Origin: a bacterium
GTDB taxonomy: Bacteria; UBA8248; JACPRG01; G963555815
Direction of reading: 5' to 3'
Length of the DNA stretch: 64,000 nt
Assembly: GCA_965261595.1 (NCBI GenBank)
Contig: CBDHDG010000004.1
Coordinates: forward strand, 416,001 to 480,000
Both the position numbers and the translations under genes were made by a program. The notes beneath the pieces were generated by a model. That model did no database searches and was not told the DNA's origin. It saw only the letters and a program-made list of their open reading frames with translations. Position 1 is the first letter of the stretch, and the number at the start of each line of letters is the position of its first letter. Shown here in pieces: positions 20,602 through 31,586 of this stretch.

Positions 20602-22113
20602 TTGGACCTGATCCTGAACAACGCCCGCATCGTCACGCCGGGCGGAATTGTTTCTGGGAGCCTCTTAATTGAAGGGGAGCGGATCGCGGGGATCCTTTCC
20701 CGGCCGGCGGATTTTCCGGCCGACCGCGTCGTCGACCTGGACGGCCGCTATGTGATTCCCGGCGTCATCGATCCCCACACCCATCCGGGCGCGAGAAACC
20801 CCCTGGAAGACGATTTCCGGACGGAGTCCCGGAGCGCCGCCGCCGGGGGCGTCACGACCTTCGGGATCATGGTCGGCTCCGGCCGGGCCGCCTGGACGTT
20901 CAAGAAATTCCTCACCGAGGACGACACCCGTCCCTGGAGCGAGGCCTTTCCCGTTCTCCGGGAGATGGGGGAGGAGAACGCCGTCGTTGATTTCTTCCAC
21001 TCGCCCACGATCAACACCGAAGAGCAGGCGGCGGACATCCCCGAGGCGGCCCGCCGCTTCGGACTGACTTCCTTCAAGTTCTATCCCAATCTGAAGAGTC
21101 CGGGGACCACCAACGTCGTCCCCAAGTGGAAGTCCCGGATCGCTGTCCCAGCTTCCTTCGATGACGGACTCATCTGGCTGGGTTTCGAGCAGGTCGGCCG
21201 GCTCGGTCCCGCCGGCATGGTCCTCGTCCACAACGAAAACACCGAGGTGGGCACGGCCCTCATGAAGCGGCTGCTCCGGGAGGGCCGTCAGGACATCGCC
21301 GCGTGGACGGACCGCTGCCCCCCCTGGACCGAGGCCGAGCACGTTCACCGTTACGGGCTGTTCGCCATGAAGGCCGGGTGCCGGGTCTATGCCCTGCACA
21401 TCTCGACGGCCGACGGTCTCGCGGCCTGCGCCGAGATGAAGGCCAAGGGCTGTCCGCTGGTCGTCGAGACCTGCCCCCAATACCTGCTCATGACCACGGA
21501 CGACCCGGCCGGGCTGCTCCTCAAGGTGAATCCCCCGATTCGGGACGCGGCGCACAACCGGGCCCTTTGGGCGGGCGTCGCCGACGGGCGGGTCGAGTGC
21601 ATGGGCTCCGACCACGTCGTGACCAATTTCGAGGAGAAGATGGTTCGGGGGGACACCGGAGACCGGGAGGGCGACCCCGTCACCGATGTCTGGGCCGCGG
21701 GCTCGGGTTTCATCGGCATGGGCCTCCTCCTTCCCCTGCTTCTGAGCGAAGGGGTCCACGGAGGCCGGATCTCCATCGAGCGGGTCGTCGAGATCAGCTG
21801 CCGAAACCCCGCGGTTCATTTCGGCCTGTATCCCAAGAAGGGGATCATCCAGGTCGGCTCGGACGCCGACCTTGTCGTCCTCGACATGGACAAGACCGTC
21901 ACCCTCGCCCCCGAACACCTGAACTCCTTCGCCGACTTCTCGATCTACGAAGGGCGCGCGATCAAGGGTTGGCCGTGGATGACGATTTCACGCGGAACAG
22001 TGGTTTTCGAGGGTGATACAATTACGGGGAAGCGAGGCCATGGGCGGTACCTGCCCAGAAAACCGGGCAGCCTGAGGTATCCGCCGGAGGAAAGCTGGGA
22101 CCTTCCCGAATGA
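20602..22113 (+). CDS. Cyclic amidohydrolase (dihydropyrimidinase/allantoinase/dihydroorotase family)
   Basis: PGVIDPHTH, SFKF (carboxy-Lys), VHNEN, ETCPQYL, KVNPPIR, GSDH, GSDADLV. Confidence 0.9.
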   Translation: MDLILNNARIVTPGGIVSGSLLIEGERIAGILSRPADFPADRVVDLDGRYVIPGVIDPHTHPGARNPLEDDFRTESRSAAAGGVTTFGIMVGSGRAAWTFKKFLTEDDTRPWSEAFPVLREMGEENAVVDFFHSPTINTEEQAADIPEAARRFGLTSFKFYPNLKSPGTTNVVPKWKSRIAVPASFDDGLIWLGFEQVGRLGPAGMVLVHNENTEVGTALMKRLLREGRQDIAAWTDRCPPWTEAEHVHRYGLFAMKAGCRVYALHISTADGLAACAEMKAKGCPLVVETCPQYLLMTTDDPAGLLLKVNPPIRDAAHNRALWAGVADGRVECMGSDHVVTNFEEKMVRGDTGDREGDPVTDVWAAGSGFIGMGLLLPLLLSEGVHGGRISIERVVEISCRNPAVHFGLYPKKGIIQVGSDADLVVLDMDKTVTLAPEHLNSFADFSIYEGRAIKGWPWMTISRGTVVFEGDTITGKRGHGRYLPRKPGSLRYPPEESWDLPE

Positions 22114-22196
22114 TTTGCGAATCGGGATAGCCCGCCCGGCCGCGTCTACGCATCTCCCGGACCCCAAATACCGAATACTCAACAAGGAGATCGCAC

Positions 22197-22880
22197 ATGC
22201 CCCCCGAGCCCCTGATGACGCTGGAAGAAAAGCTCAACCCCGAGTGGACGGCCCTGGTGTGCATCGACTACCAGAACGACTTTTGCGCCAAGAAGGGCGC
22301 GCTGGATCAGTGCGGGTTCGATGTCGCGCCCATGGCCGCCGTCGCCCCCAAGCTGGGCCGCCTGATCGACGAGGCGCGCGACTCGGGCGTCCCCATCATC
22401 TTCGTCCGCAACATCTACGCCACCAACCAGGGTTGGTACTTGTCGGAGGTGACCCGCTCCCAGACCAAGCGGACGCTTCGGGGCCTGAACCACGGGGTCC
22501 GGCTTTGCGAGAAGGACACCTGGGGGTGGGATTACTTCGGCGAGGTCAGGACCCGAGACGGAGATTGCGAAGTTTTCAAGCATCGTTACAACGCGTTTAT
22601 CGACACCGACCTGCCCCTCATCCTGCGCAGCAAGGGGATTCGCACGTTGATCATCTGCGGGGTGACGACCAACGTCTGCGTCGAATCAACAACGCGCCAC
22701 GCCTACTTCCTGGACTATTATTGTGTGGTTCCCGATGACGCCGTTGCGGCCTACGGGGACGACCTGCACGAGATGGCGCTGAAGAACATCGACTTTCTCT
22801 TCGGCGAAGTGACCGGGAGCGACAAGATCATCGAAACCCTCGCGGCCAACGCAAAGGCGCGGACGGCGGGTCAGGCGTAA
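22197..22880 (+). CDS. Isochorismatase-family cysteine hydrolase (RutB-like)
   Basis: IDYQNDF, KHRYNAF, GVTTNVCVEST catalytic triad. Confidence 0.9.
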   Translation: MPPEPLMTLEEKLNPEWTALVCIDYQNDFCAKKGALDQCGFDVAPMAAVAPKLGRLIDEARDSGVPIIFVRNIYATNQGWYLSEVTRSQTKRTLRGLNHGVRLCEKDTWGWDYFGEVRTRDGDCEVFKHRYNAFIDTDLPLILRSKGIRTLIICGVTTNVCVESTTRHAYFLDYYCVVPDDAVAAYGDDLHEMALKNIDFLFGEVTGSDKIIETLAANAKARTAGQA

Positions 22881-23015
22881 GCGTCATTCACTCCGACCCG
22901 AAGCGGGAGGGGAGGAGTCGGTTAAACCTCCAGCCACCTACCGAAGGCGGCCAAGATGGCCGCCCTACCCTCGTTTCGTGCTATCACAAGAAAATTGGCC
23001 CATTGTCCGAATGCC

Positions 23016-24458
23016 GAGCCTGTCCCATTCATAGTTGAAGGTTGAGAAAAAGAGGTGGCGGTTCACTCCTGCCGACTCGGTTAGAATCGGGTTGGCAAAC
23101 ATTCAAAGAGGAGGAACCGCCATGAGTGAAGCTTACCAGATCATCGAGAAGAAAGAGACCCAAAGGTTGGCCGCCTTTGTGGCGGAGCATGGGCAGGCGT
23201 TTTTTCCTCTGGTGTCGCTGGTGGAGCAGTCCCAACTGGCGGTGGAGGACCTGATGGACGTCATGGGCCGGGCGGGCCTGGAGGCCGTGCTTTTGCTGTC
23301 GGCCAAGGGCTTGACGGGCGCGCCGCATCCAGGCAAGCGGGGTGGCGAGGTCCGCCGGCACGGCAGCCAGGGGGGCCGGGTGACCCTGAAGGGGTGCAAG
23401 CTGAAGGTGAGAAAGCCGCGGCTTCGCCGCCGGGGCCAGGGTCGGGGCGGGGAGGTGGAGATGCCGGCGTATGCGGCCATGCAGGCCGACCCCGGGCTGG
23501 GGGAGCGGATGCTGGATTTGCTGATGCGAGGGGTCTCGACGCGGAACTACGCGGCCGTTCTTCCCGAGCTGGCCGAGACGGTGGGGGTGTCGAAGTCGGC
23601 CGTGAGCCGGGAGAGCATCGAGGCGGCCGAGGCGAAGCTGCGGCGTCTTTGTGAGCGGCGTTTTGACGACATCGACCTCCTCATCCTCTACCTGGACGGT
23701 CTGCGCTTCGGCGCGCATCACGTCATCGTGGCCGTTGGGGTGGACACACGGGGCCAAAAGCACGTTCTGGGCCTGAGGTCGGGCGCCACCGAGAACGCCA
23801 CGGTCGTGACGGCGCTTCTTGAGGAGTTGGTGGAGCGCGGCGTGCGGCCCGGGCGGCGTCGGCTTTTCGTCATCGACGGCTCGAGGGCGCTTCGTGCGGC
23901 GATTGACCGGGTGTACGGGGACGACAATCCGGTGCAGCGGTGCCGCAACCACAAGGTGAAGAACGTGATGGACCACCTGCCCGAGGAGTTGAAGGACCCG
24001 GTGAAGGCGACGATGAAGGCGGCCTGGCGGCTGGCGCCGAAGGAGGGGATTGCCCGTCTGCGCAAGCAGGCCCGGTGGCTTCAGATCGAGCATCCGGACG
24101 CGGCCGCCAGCCTTTTGGAGGGTCTGGAGGAGATCTTCACCGTCAACCGCTTGGCTCTTCCGCCCGGCCTTCGGCGCTGCCTGGTGAGCACGAACCTGAT
24201 CGAGAGTCCCTGTTCGGGGGTGCGGATGCGCACCCGGCGCGTCGGCCGCTGGCGGGACGGGGCGATGGTGAAAAGGTGGGCCGCTTCCGCCTTCCTCGCC
24301 ACCGAGAAGAACTTCCGTCGCCTGGACGGCTACCGGGACCTGTGGATCCTGAAGGCCGTTCTGGACGAGCCCCGCTTTGACACCCGAGAGGAGGTCGCAT
24401 AAGGTGAACCACACACGGACCGCCGCCTCAAACCTTCAACTGAATTCGGGACACCCTC
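23016..24458 (+). mobile_element. IS256-family element
   Basis: IRs GAGCCTGTCCCATTCATAGTTGAAGG / CCTTCAACTGAATTCGGGACACCCTC; 8-bp TSD CGAATGCC. Confidence 0.95.
23122..24402 (+). CDS. IS256 transposase
   Basis: GVSTR, LYLDG, IDGSRAL, QRCRNHK, STNLIES. Confidence 0.92.
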   Translation: MSEAYQIIEKKETQRLAAFVAEHGQAFFPLVSLVEQSQLAVEDLMDVMGRAGLEAVLLLSAKGLTGAPHPGKRGGEVRRHGSQGGRVTLKGCKLKVRKPRLRRRGQGRGGEVEMPAYAAMQADPGLGERMLDLLMRGVSTRNYAAVLPELAETVGVSKSAVSRESIEAAEAKLRRLCERRFDDIDLLILYLDGLRFGAHHVIVAVGVDTRGQKHVLGLRSGATENATVVTALLEELVERGVRPGRRRLFVIDGSRALRAAIDRVYGDDNPVQRCRNHKVKNVMDHLPEELKDPVKATMKAAWRLAPKEGIARLRKQARWLQIEHPDAAASLLEGLEEIFTVNRLALPPGLRRCLVSTNLIESPCSGVRMRTRRVGRWRDGAMVKRWAASAFLATEKNFRRLDGYRDLWILKAVLDEPRFDTREEVA

Positions 24459-24705
24459 CGAATGCCGGAGCCTTCCAACGGAAGGCGGGCATTCGGACAA
24501 GTGTAGAAGCCACGGTCGGCCACAGACGGACGATTCAATCACTCCGCACCCAACCCGGTAAGGCCAAGCCAACGGCTTGGCCGCAAAAAGTTTTTCGGGG
24601 GGTTCCCAACCCCTGGGAGGGGTCCAGGGGGGCGGTTTTTCAAAAAAGCCCCCCGTGGCGGGTTTTCTTGCCTGAAAGTCGGGTTCGAGATCGAAAGCGC
24701 GACAA

Positions 24706-25206
24706 TCAGGACGCCTCGGCCCGCATCTTCTCCGCCGCCCGGTGGACGGCCCGGAGGATGTCGGCGTGGGCGCCGCAGCGGCAGTAGTTGCCCAGGAGAT
24801 ACTCCCGGATCTCCGCGTCGCTCGGCGAATGGTTCTCCGACAGCAGCCCCTTCACGGCCATGATCATCCCCGGCGTGCAGTACGCGCACTGGAAAGCCGA
24901 CTCCTCGATGAAGGCCGTCTGGACCGGGTCCGGTTCGCCGTTGCGCGAGAGGCCCTCGATGGTCAGGATCTCCCGCTCCGGGCCGATCTGCGCGACGAGC
25001 GTCAGGCAGGCGCTGATCGGCTCGCCGTCAAGCAACACTGTGCAGGTCCCGCAAGCGGAGACGCCGCACCCCTCCTTCGGGCCGGTCAGATCGAGGCCGT
25101 CTCTCAAGACATCCAAAAGCAGGGCGTTGTCCCGCACGAAGACGGTCCGGCGCTCTCCATTTACGTTGAGCTCGACGGGACGCGAGGCCCGGTCTTCCGA
25201 AGTCAT
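24706..25206 (-). CDS. (2Fe-2S)-binding small subunit, CoxS/XdhC-like
   Basis: GCGVSACGTCTV, QCAYCTPG, CRCG. Confidence 0.9.
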   Translation of the reverse strand: MTSEDRASRPVELNVNGERRTVFVRDNALLLDVLRDGLDLTGPKEGCGVSACGTCTVLLDGEPISACLTLVAQIGPEREILTIEGLSRNGEPDPVQTAFIEESAFQCAYCTPGMIMAVKGLLSENHSPSDAEIREYLLGNYCRCGAHADILRAVHRAAEKMRAEAS

Positions 25207-25238
25207 CCCCCTCCCCTCCCCTGATGCGGCTCTTAACG

Positions 25239-27599
25239 TCAAACGGACGCGCCGCCCTTTTTTACTTTCCGGATTGCGCGGAGGACCTTTTCCGGCGTCA
25301 CCGGCAGGTCGCGGACCCGAACGCCCACGGCGTCGTGAATCGCGTTGAGGATGGCCGGGGTCGTCGCGATGCACCCGGTCTCTCCCACCCCCTTGGCCCC
25401 GAACGGCCCATTGGGGTGCGCCTCCTCCAGGACAACCGGGACGAAATCGCCCGGAATATCGTCGAACGTGGGCATCATGTATTCCAGGAAGCTGCCGTTT
25501 GTGAGCTGGCCGTCCCGGTAGTCCATGTGCTCGAAGAGCGTCAGGCCGACGTTCAGCGTTGCGGCCCCCACGAGCTGCTGCTCGCATTGCCTCATGTTGA
25601 TGGCCTTGCCCACGTTGCCGGCCAGGTGCAGACGCGTCACACGAACGGTCCCCGTCTCTGGGTCCACCTCCACTTCGGCGAAGGCCGCGCTGGAGGTCCA
25701 GTTGACGCTCAGATTGTCGGTGTGGCCTGTCTCGGGGTCCTCGGGCGTCGACTAGGTCTGGAAGGCCCCCCGGCCGATGAGATAACCCGCCGGGGGCTTG
25801 GACATCGCTTTCAGAAAAACCTCGGGGAGGGATAGCCCCCTGTCCGGGAACCCTTGCACGAACACCTTCCCCTCGGCCAGGTCGAGCTGATCCGGCGGGG
25901 CTTCGAGAAGCTCCGACGCGGCGGCGAACAATTCTCCGCGAATCTCCGCCGTGGCCCGCTGGATGGCGTTGCCCATATGGAAAGTCGAGCGGCTGCTCGC
26001 CGTCCCCATGTCGAATGGCGTGGCATCGGTGTCGGGCCGAACCAGCCGGACCTGCTCCACGGTAATCCCCAGGCACTCGGCCGTCATCTGGGACAGGACC
26101 GTGTCGCATCCCTGCCCCATCTCGACCGTGCTGACGAAGACCTCCGCGCTGCCGTCGGGGTTGAGGATCACCGTGGCTTCGGAGCCCGAGGGCGTGGCGG
26201 TGGTCTTGATCGCCAGGCCGACGCCCCTTCCCCGGGCGAGCCCGCCCTCCGAAGCGGGGGAGGGGGAGGGGGAGGGGGAGAAGGCCTTTCCGTCCGCTTT
26301 CCAGCCAAAGGCGTCCGCCGCGCCATGGAGGGACTCCTTGATCGAGACGCAATCAAGGATCTCTCCGGTCGGGTATCGGTCACCCTCCTGAAGGGCGTAC
26401 TCCATTCTCAGACCCACGGGGTCGCGTCCCAGATATTCGGCGACCTGATCCATGTGGGTTTCCTGGGCGAAGGTGATCTGCGGGACCCTAAAGCCCCGGA
26501 ACGCCCCGGCCGGCGTTTTGTTCGTGTACACCAAGTGGGAATCAATCCGGCAATTGGGGATCCTGTACGGTCCGTTCGCCGTGGAGGCCGCCTTCCAGGC
26601 CACGCGGGGACCGCTCTCGGCGTAGGCCCCGCAGTCGTAGTAGATCTCGAATTGCTGGGCGGAAATACCACCATCCGGACTCACGGCGGTCTTGAGCTTT
26701 ACGACCGCGCCATGCTTGGAGCACAGGTAAAAGACTTCTTCCCGCCGAATGACGGCCCGCACGGGACGCCCAGTCACCTTGGAGAGGAGAACGGGGAAGG
26801 GCTCCATTTTCAGGTAGAGCTTGCCCCCGTACCCGCCGCCCAGGTAGGGGGAGATCACCCGGACCTGATTCTGGGGCGCGCCGAACATCGCGGCCAGCCA
26901 CAACCGGCTGGAGGAGGGGCTCTGCGTCGAGGTCCAGACCGTGACATGTCCGCTCCGGTCCACCCGCGCCAAGGCGGCGTGGGGCTCGAGGTGCGCGTGC
27001 TGGGCGGGGGGCGACGTGAAGGTGTCCTCGAACACCCGTTGCGCCTCGGCGAACGCGCGGTCGACATCCCCCACCCGCTGCCGGTAGTGGGTGCAAATGT
27101 TGCTGTCCGGGCCGTGATGGCTGGCCTGGATCAGGGGGAACAGGGGGCCGTTGCGGACGACATCGTGCAAAACGGGCGAGCCCGGCCGCGCCGCGGCCAG
27201 GACGTCATCGACGATGGGAAGCGGATCGTAATCGACGCGGACAAGGGCGGCGGCGGCTTCGGCCTGTTCCTGTGTGTCGGCGGCCAGGGCGACAACGGCC
27301 TCGCCGATGAAGCGGACTTTTCCGATGGCGAGGAGGGGTTGGTCCGGGAAGATCATCCCGAAATAAGGGTCAACCCCCGGCATCTCCGCAAACGCCTGTC
27401 CGGTGACGACGGCCCGGACGCCCGGAGCGTCTTTCGCGCCGGAGACATCGATCCCGAGGATTCGCGCGTGGGGGTGGGCGCTGCGATGAATGGCGCAATG
27501 GAGCATCCCGGGGAGTTTCATGTCGCCGGTGTAGATCGGCTCTCCCAGGACCTTCGGCCAGCCATCGACCCGACGGACGTTCTTTCCGACGTTGCTCAT
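25239..27599 (-). pseudogene. Xanthine dehydrogenase-family molybdopterin-binding subunit with in-frame TAG
   Basis: HAHLEPH, GGGYGGK, AFRGF, EMGQG, GAKGVGE; single TAG at 25752-25754 with the frame continuing. Confidence 0.85.
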
Positions 27600-29547
27600 C
27601 CACGGACTCCCGTTCGGCCCGGCCGGCTACCTGATCGGCGGCCCCGCCAGATGCCGGTTCGTGTAAATCTCATCCACAGGGATATCCATTTTGATGTTCC
27701 ACGCGTCGATGGTGAAATCGCGCGTCCTTTTCATCTTCGCCCGGTCGATCCAGCCATAGCCCTTTGTGGCAAAGGACGGGCCCTTCATCAGCTTGTCGGT
27801 GGCCCGCGCCTGGTCCAGGACGATGGAACGCTTGAGTGTCGGAAACCGCTTAACGACCAGGCCCGCCGCCGCGTCCAGGTTCTTGGACACCCAGGCGTAT
27901 CCCTGATAGGAGGCCCGAACGAACCTGTCGATGACCCGAGGCTTGGCGTCTATCAGTTCCTTGCTCGTGATGATCCCGTCACCGTAAACATCCAGGCCGA
28001 AGAGGTCGCTCAACTTGCGGACGCCGATGTCGACGCCCTTCTTCACCGCCGCCATCTTGACGATGGAGGCGTAGCTTCCCAGCGGGCAGTCCAAAAAATC
28101 CGTCTTGCCCGAAAAGAGCGCCGGGAGGGTCAGCGCGGGTTTCATCTTGATGAAAGCAATCCTGTCCCGGCCGACTTTCGCGTTGTCCATCATGATCGGC
28201 AGGACGGCCCGGACGGGAGAAAATCCGGTGACGCCGACCCGCTTTCCGGCCAGATCCCGGGGCGTGGCGAGGGTCATCTTGGCCCGGTCATAGCAAAGCG
28301 CCGTCGCAAAGGTGTCGTTGATCGCCCCGACCATCAGGGTTCTGCCGCCTTTGGTCCGGTTCAGGACAATCCCCTCGGGGGTTCCCCACCCGAAATGGGA
28401 CAACCCGTCGGCAACATCGTCGACGGTGCGAAGTGCGCCGTATCCCCGCATCAGGGCAACGTCGAGGCCCTCTTTCTTATAAAACCCGCATTTCCCATAT
28501 GGATGATAATTTTTAACGCCCCGAAGGCCGTTTTCTCGTGTAAAATCAAGGTGTTGGCCTCTCCCTGCCATCATCTTGCGAGGGGACCCGATGGGTGAAG
28601 CGAAAAAGAGGCCGTTGAGGCTCCAATTCGACGGTCGGCTCAGGCTGGAGTTTCACGGAGCAAAGGTTACGAGTGACGCCGGTTTGCTTGCCTATCGTGA
28701 ACTGGATGAGGTGTTGGGGCTGACGAAGGCGGCCGAGGGGTTTCTGTCCGATTCACGGACGGGCGGGAACACCCGGCACAGCCTCACCGCTTTGGTGCGC
28801 CAGTCGGTCTACAGCCGCCTGGCAGGATATAAAGACACCAATGATGCCGAGCGGCTCTGTGTCGATCCCGCCATGCGTCAGGTGGTTGGGGGGCGAGCGA
28901 AGTATCACACCGCTGCCTCCACCAGCCAGATGAGCCGATTCGAGACGCAGACCCTCACCCGGCCCCTTAACCCCTCAAGGCGCTGAGCGGTCTGCCCGGT
29001 GTGTTGGTGGATCGTGTCCGCAAACGCAAGCCGATTCGCAAGCTGATCCTGGACATGGACAGTTCGGTCAGCCCGACCCACGGTGAGCAGGAAGGCTCTT
29101 CCTACAACGGCCACTTCGGCTGCACCTGCTATCACCCACTGTTTTGCTTCAACCAGTTTGGCGATCTGGAGCGGGCGCTGTTGCGCAACGGCAAGGTCCA
29201 CAGCGCTGATGACTGGTGGTCTGTATTGGAGCCGGTGGTAGCTCGCTACCGGGATGCGAAGGTCTGTCGGTTTTTTCGAGGCGACGCGGCATTTGCCAAG
29301 CCGGAGGTGTACCGATACCTTGAGGCGGAGGGCTACTCCTATGCGATTCGGCTTCCGGCCAACGCCATCTTGTACAGGGACATCGAATGCCTTCTGACCC
29401 GGCCGGTTGGCCGACCGCCCAAAAGGCCCATTATCTTCTACCACAGCGTCTCCTATCAGGCGGCTAGTTGGGAGAAGCCTCTCCCCCGCTCTAGGGTTTT
29501 GTTGGACACTCGATTGATCCATGATTCATGGAGAAAGGGGTGTCGCG

Positions 29548-29934
29548 ATGAACGAACAAAAGCAAGAGGGGGCTTTGGCGGAGGGCGCCCGCAGGGCGAA
29601 CGGAGCCAAGGCCCCAGGGCATCGCAGTGAGCGGGGTCGGTTCTCCTGCCAGCGCAAGCGGGAGGCGGTCCTGCGTCTTTTGCGGGGCGAGAGCCTGGAG
29701 ACGCTCTGCCGCGAGTTGGGCACGACAGCGGCTCGGCTTTCCGCCTGGCGCGAGGCGTTCCTTCGCGGGGGCGAGGCGGCGCTCAAAGCCCGCCCGGCGG
29801 ATGAGCGGGACGAGGAGAACGCCCGGCTCAAGGCCAAGGTGGGCGAACTCACGATGGAGGGCGAGGTCCTGCGGGAGAAGATCGACCGCCTGGAGGCCGG
29901 CCGCCCTTTAGCCGGCAGGAGGTGGAGGCGATGA
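29548..29934 (+). CDS. IS3 OrfA
   Basis: Near-identical to copy 1. Confidence 0.85.
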   Translation: MNEQKQEGALAEGARRANGAKAPGHRSERGRFSCQRKREAVLRLLRGESLETLCRELGTTAARLSAWREAFLRGGEAALKARPADERDEENARLKAKVGELTMEGEVLREKIDRLEAGRPLAGRRWRR

Positions 29935-30839
29935 GTCAGGCCCGCTTCACCTCCACGGGCAGAGCCTACGGCCTGAAGCGGGTGTGCGCCCTTTGGGGCT
30001 TGGCGCGCTCCACGGTCTACGCGCAACGGCGGCGAGAGGCGGTCCCCGTTCATGAACGCCCCACGCCCAATAAGCGCGGCCCTGTGGGCCCGTGCACCGA
30101 TGCGGAACTCCTCGGCCACATCCGGCAGGTCCTGGAGGACTCTCCCTTCCATGGCGAGGGCTACCGCAAGGTGTGGGCGAGGCTGCGCTTCGCGGGCATC
30201 CGCACCAGCAAGGAGCGGGTGCGTCGCCTGATGCGGGAGGCGGGGCTTCAGGCCCCCCACCGGGTGGGCAAACCCCGAGGTCCCAAGGCCCACAACGGGA
30301 CCATCCGCACCGAGCGGCCCGACCGAATGTGGGGCACGGACATGACGACGACGGTGACCACCGAGGAGGGGATGGCCTCGGTGTTCGTGGCGGTGGATCA
30401 CTGCTCGGTGGACTGCGTGGGGATCCATGCGGCCAAGAGCGGCAACCGCTTCGAGGCCCTGGAGCCGATCCGGCAGGGGGTCGCCGAGCGCTTCGCCGGC
30501 TTGGAGGCGGACGTCGCCGAGGGGCTTAAAGTTCGTCACGACCACGGCCCCGCCTATCTGTCCGATGACTTTCAGCGGGAGATCGCCTACCTGGGCATGA
30601 CCAGTTCGCCCAGCTTCGTGCGGGCGCCCGAGGGAAATGGCTACTGTGAGTGGTTCATCCGCATCTTGAAGGAGAATCTCCTGTGGGTGCGCTCTTTCGC
30701 CACCGTAGAGGAACTGCGGTGGGCGCTGCTTGAGTTCAAGAACCTGTATAACCATCATTGGATTCTCGAGGGCTACGGCTACCGAACGCTGGCCCAGGCA
30801 AGGCAGGAAAAACTCGCTCAAGTTGCGGAGGCCGCATGA
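29931..30839 (+). CDS. IS3 OrfB DDE transposase
   Basis: Near-identical to copy 1. Confidence 0.9.
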   Translation: MSQARFTSTGRAYGLKRVCALWGLARSTVYAQRRREAVPVHERPTPNKRGPVGPCTDAELLGHIRQVLEDSPFHGEGYRKVWARLRFAGIRTSKERVRRLMREAGLQAPHRVGKPRGPKAHNGTIRTERPDRMWGTDMTTTVTTEEGMASVFVAVDHCSVDCVGIHAAKSGNRFEALEPIRQGVAERFAGLEADVAEGLKVRHDHGPAYLSDDFQREIAYLGMTSSPSFVRAPEGNGYCEWFIRILKENLLWVRSFATVEELRWALLEFKNLYNHHWILEGYGYRTLAQARQEKLAQVAEAA

Positions 30840-31586
30840 GGTCGAATACCCTCACCCGAGTGTCCAATAACCCAGGGGCGGTCCACTCGCCGGGTGGTGG
30901 TGGCGGTCGAGTGGCACCAGGGCGAGTTGTTTCCAAGAGTCAGCTTCATCGTGACCAACCTGCACTGGCGGGAAGAGAACGTCGTGAGGTTCTACAACCA
31001 GCGTGGGACGGCGGAGCAGTGGATCAAGGAGGGCAAGTACGCCCTGAACTGGACGCGCCTGTCCTGCCACGGCTTTGAAGAGAACCAGGTCCGCTTGCAA
31101 CTATTTGCCTTGGCGTACAACCTGGCAAACTTCCTGCGGCGGCTGGCGTTGCCCAGAGCGGTGAAGCACTGGTCGCTGACGACGTTACGCGAGAAGCTGA
31201 TTAAGATTGGGGCCAAGGTGGTCACCCACGCCCGGCACACCACCTTCCAGATGGCCGAGGTGGCCGTGCCGCGTCAACTGTTCAGGGCAATCCTTGAACG
31301 AATTCGACGGTTGTGGTTACCGCCTCCCGTACCAGATACCGGATGACGGAGCAGATGGCCCGGAAGCTTAGTGACGTGGTGGAGACGGGGGATCAGTCTG
31401 TGCCGAACTCCCCTGAGTGTGCCGGTAGAGCTGGGTTTTCAAGGGATTGCGGCTTTAGGACGGCCGTTGCCCCTCGATTGAGCAGAGGGTTCTGCAAAGA
31501 GACCCTGAATCTGTAGTAAAATGGGGTACTTTGATGACACAGGAGGACCGCAGGATGGCTAAGAGTGGTCATCTGGGAAATCCCGG

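Larger units (their letters stand above)
29482..30885 (+). mobile_element. IS3-family element, copy 4
   Basis: 1404 bp; 3-bp TSD CTC confirmed by the empty site in copy B near 55220. Confidence 0.95.
28591..31346 (+). pseudogene. IS1380-family transposase (frameshifted and IS3-interrupted)
   Basis: [41 protein letters not shown]. Confidence 0.9.

Noticed and set aside
25752..25754. TAG recoding (pyrrolysine or alternative code) explaining in-frame TAGs at 1159, 25752 and 40086
   Set aside because: Other genes end normally at TAG (8019, 39355, 50804, 52159), and frameshifts are equally common, so decay is the simpler explanation
24706..26352. 548-aa extended 2Fe-2S protein
   Set aside because: The N-terminal extension is an off-frame overlap of the Mo subunit; the real start is ATG 25206
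25854..28598. Long 914-aa plus-strand ORF and similar ones (59651-61831, 52337-53770, 23029-24414, 9592-10887)
   Set aside because: Antisense shadows of well-supported genes in GC-rich DNA; no recognisable motifs
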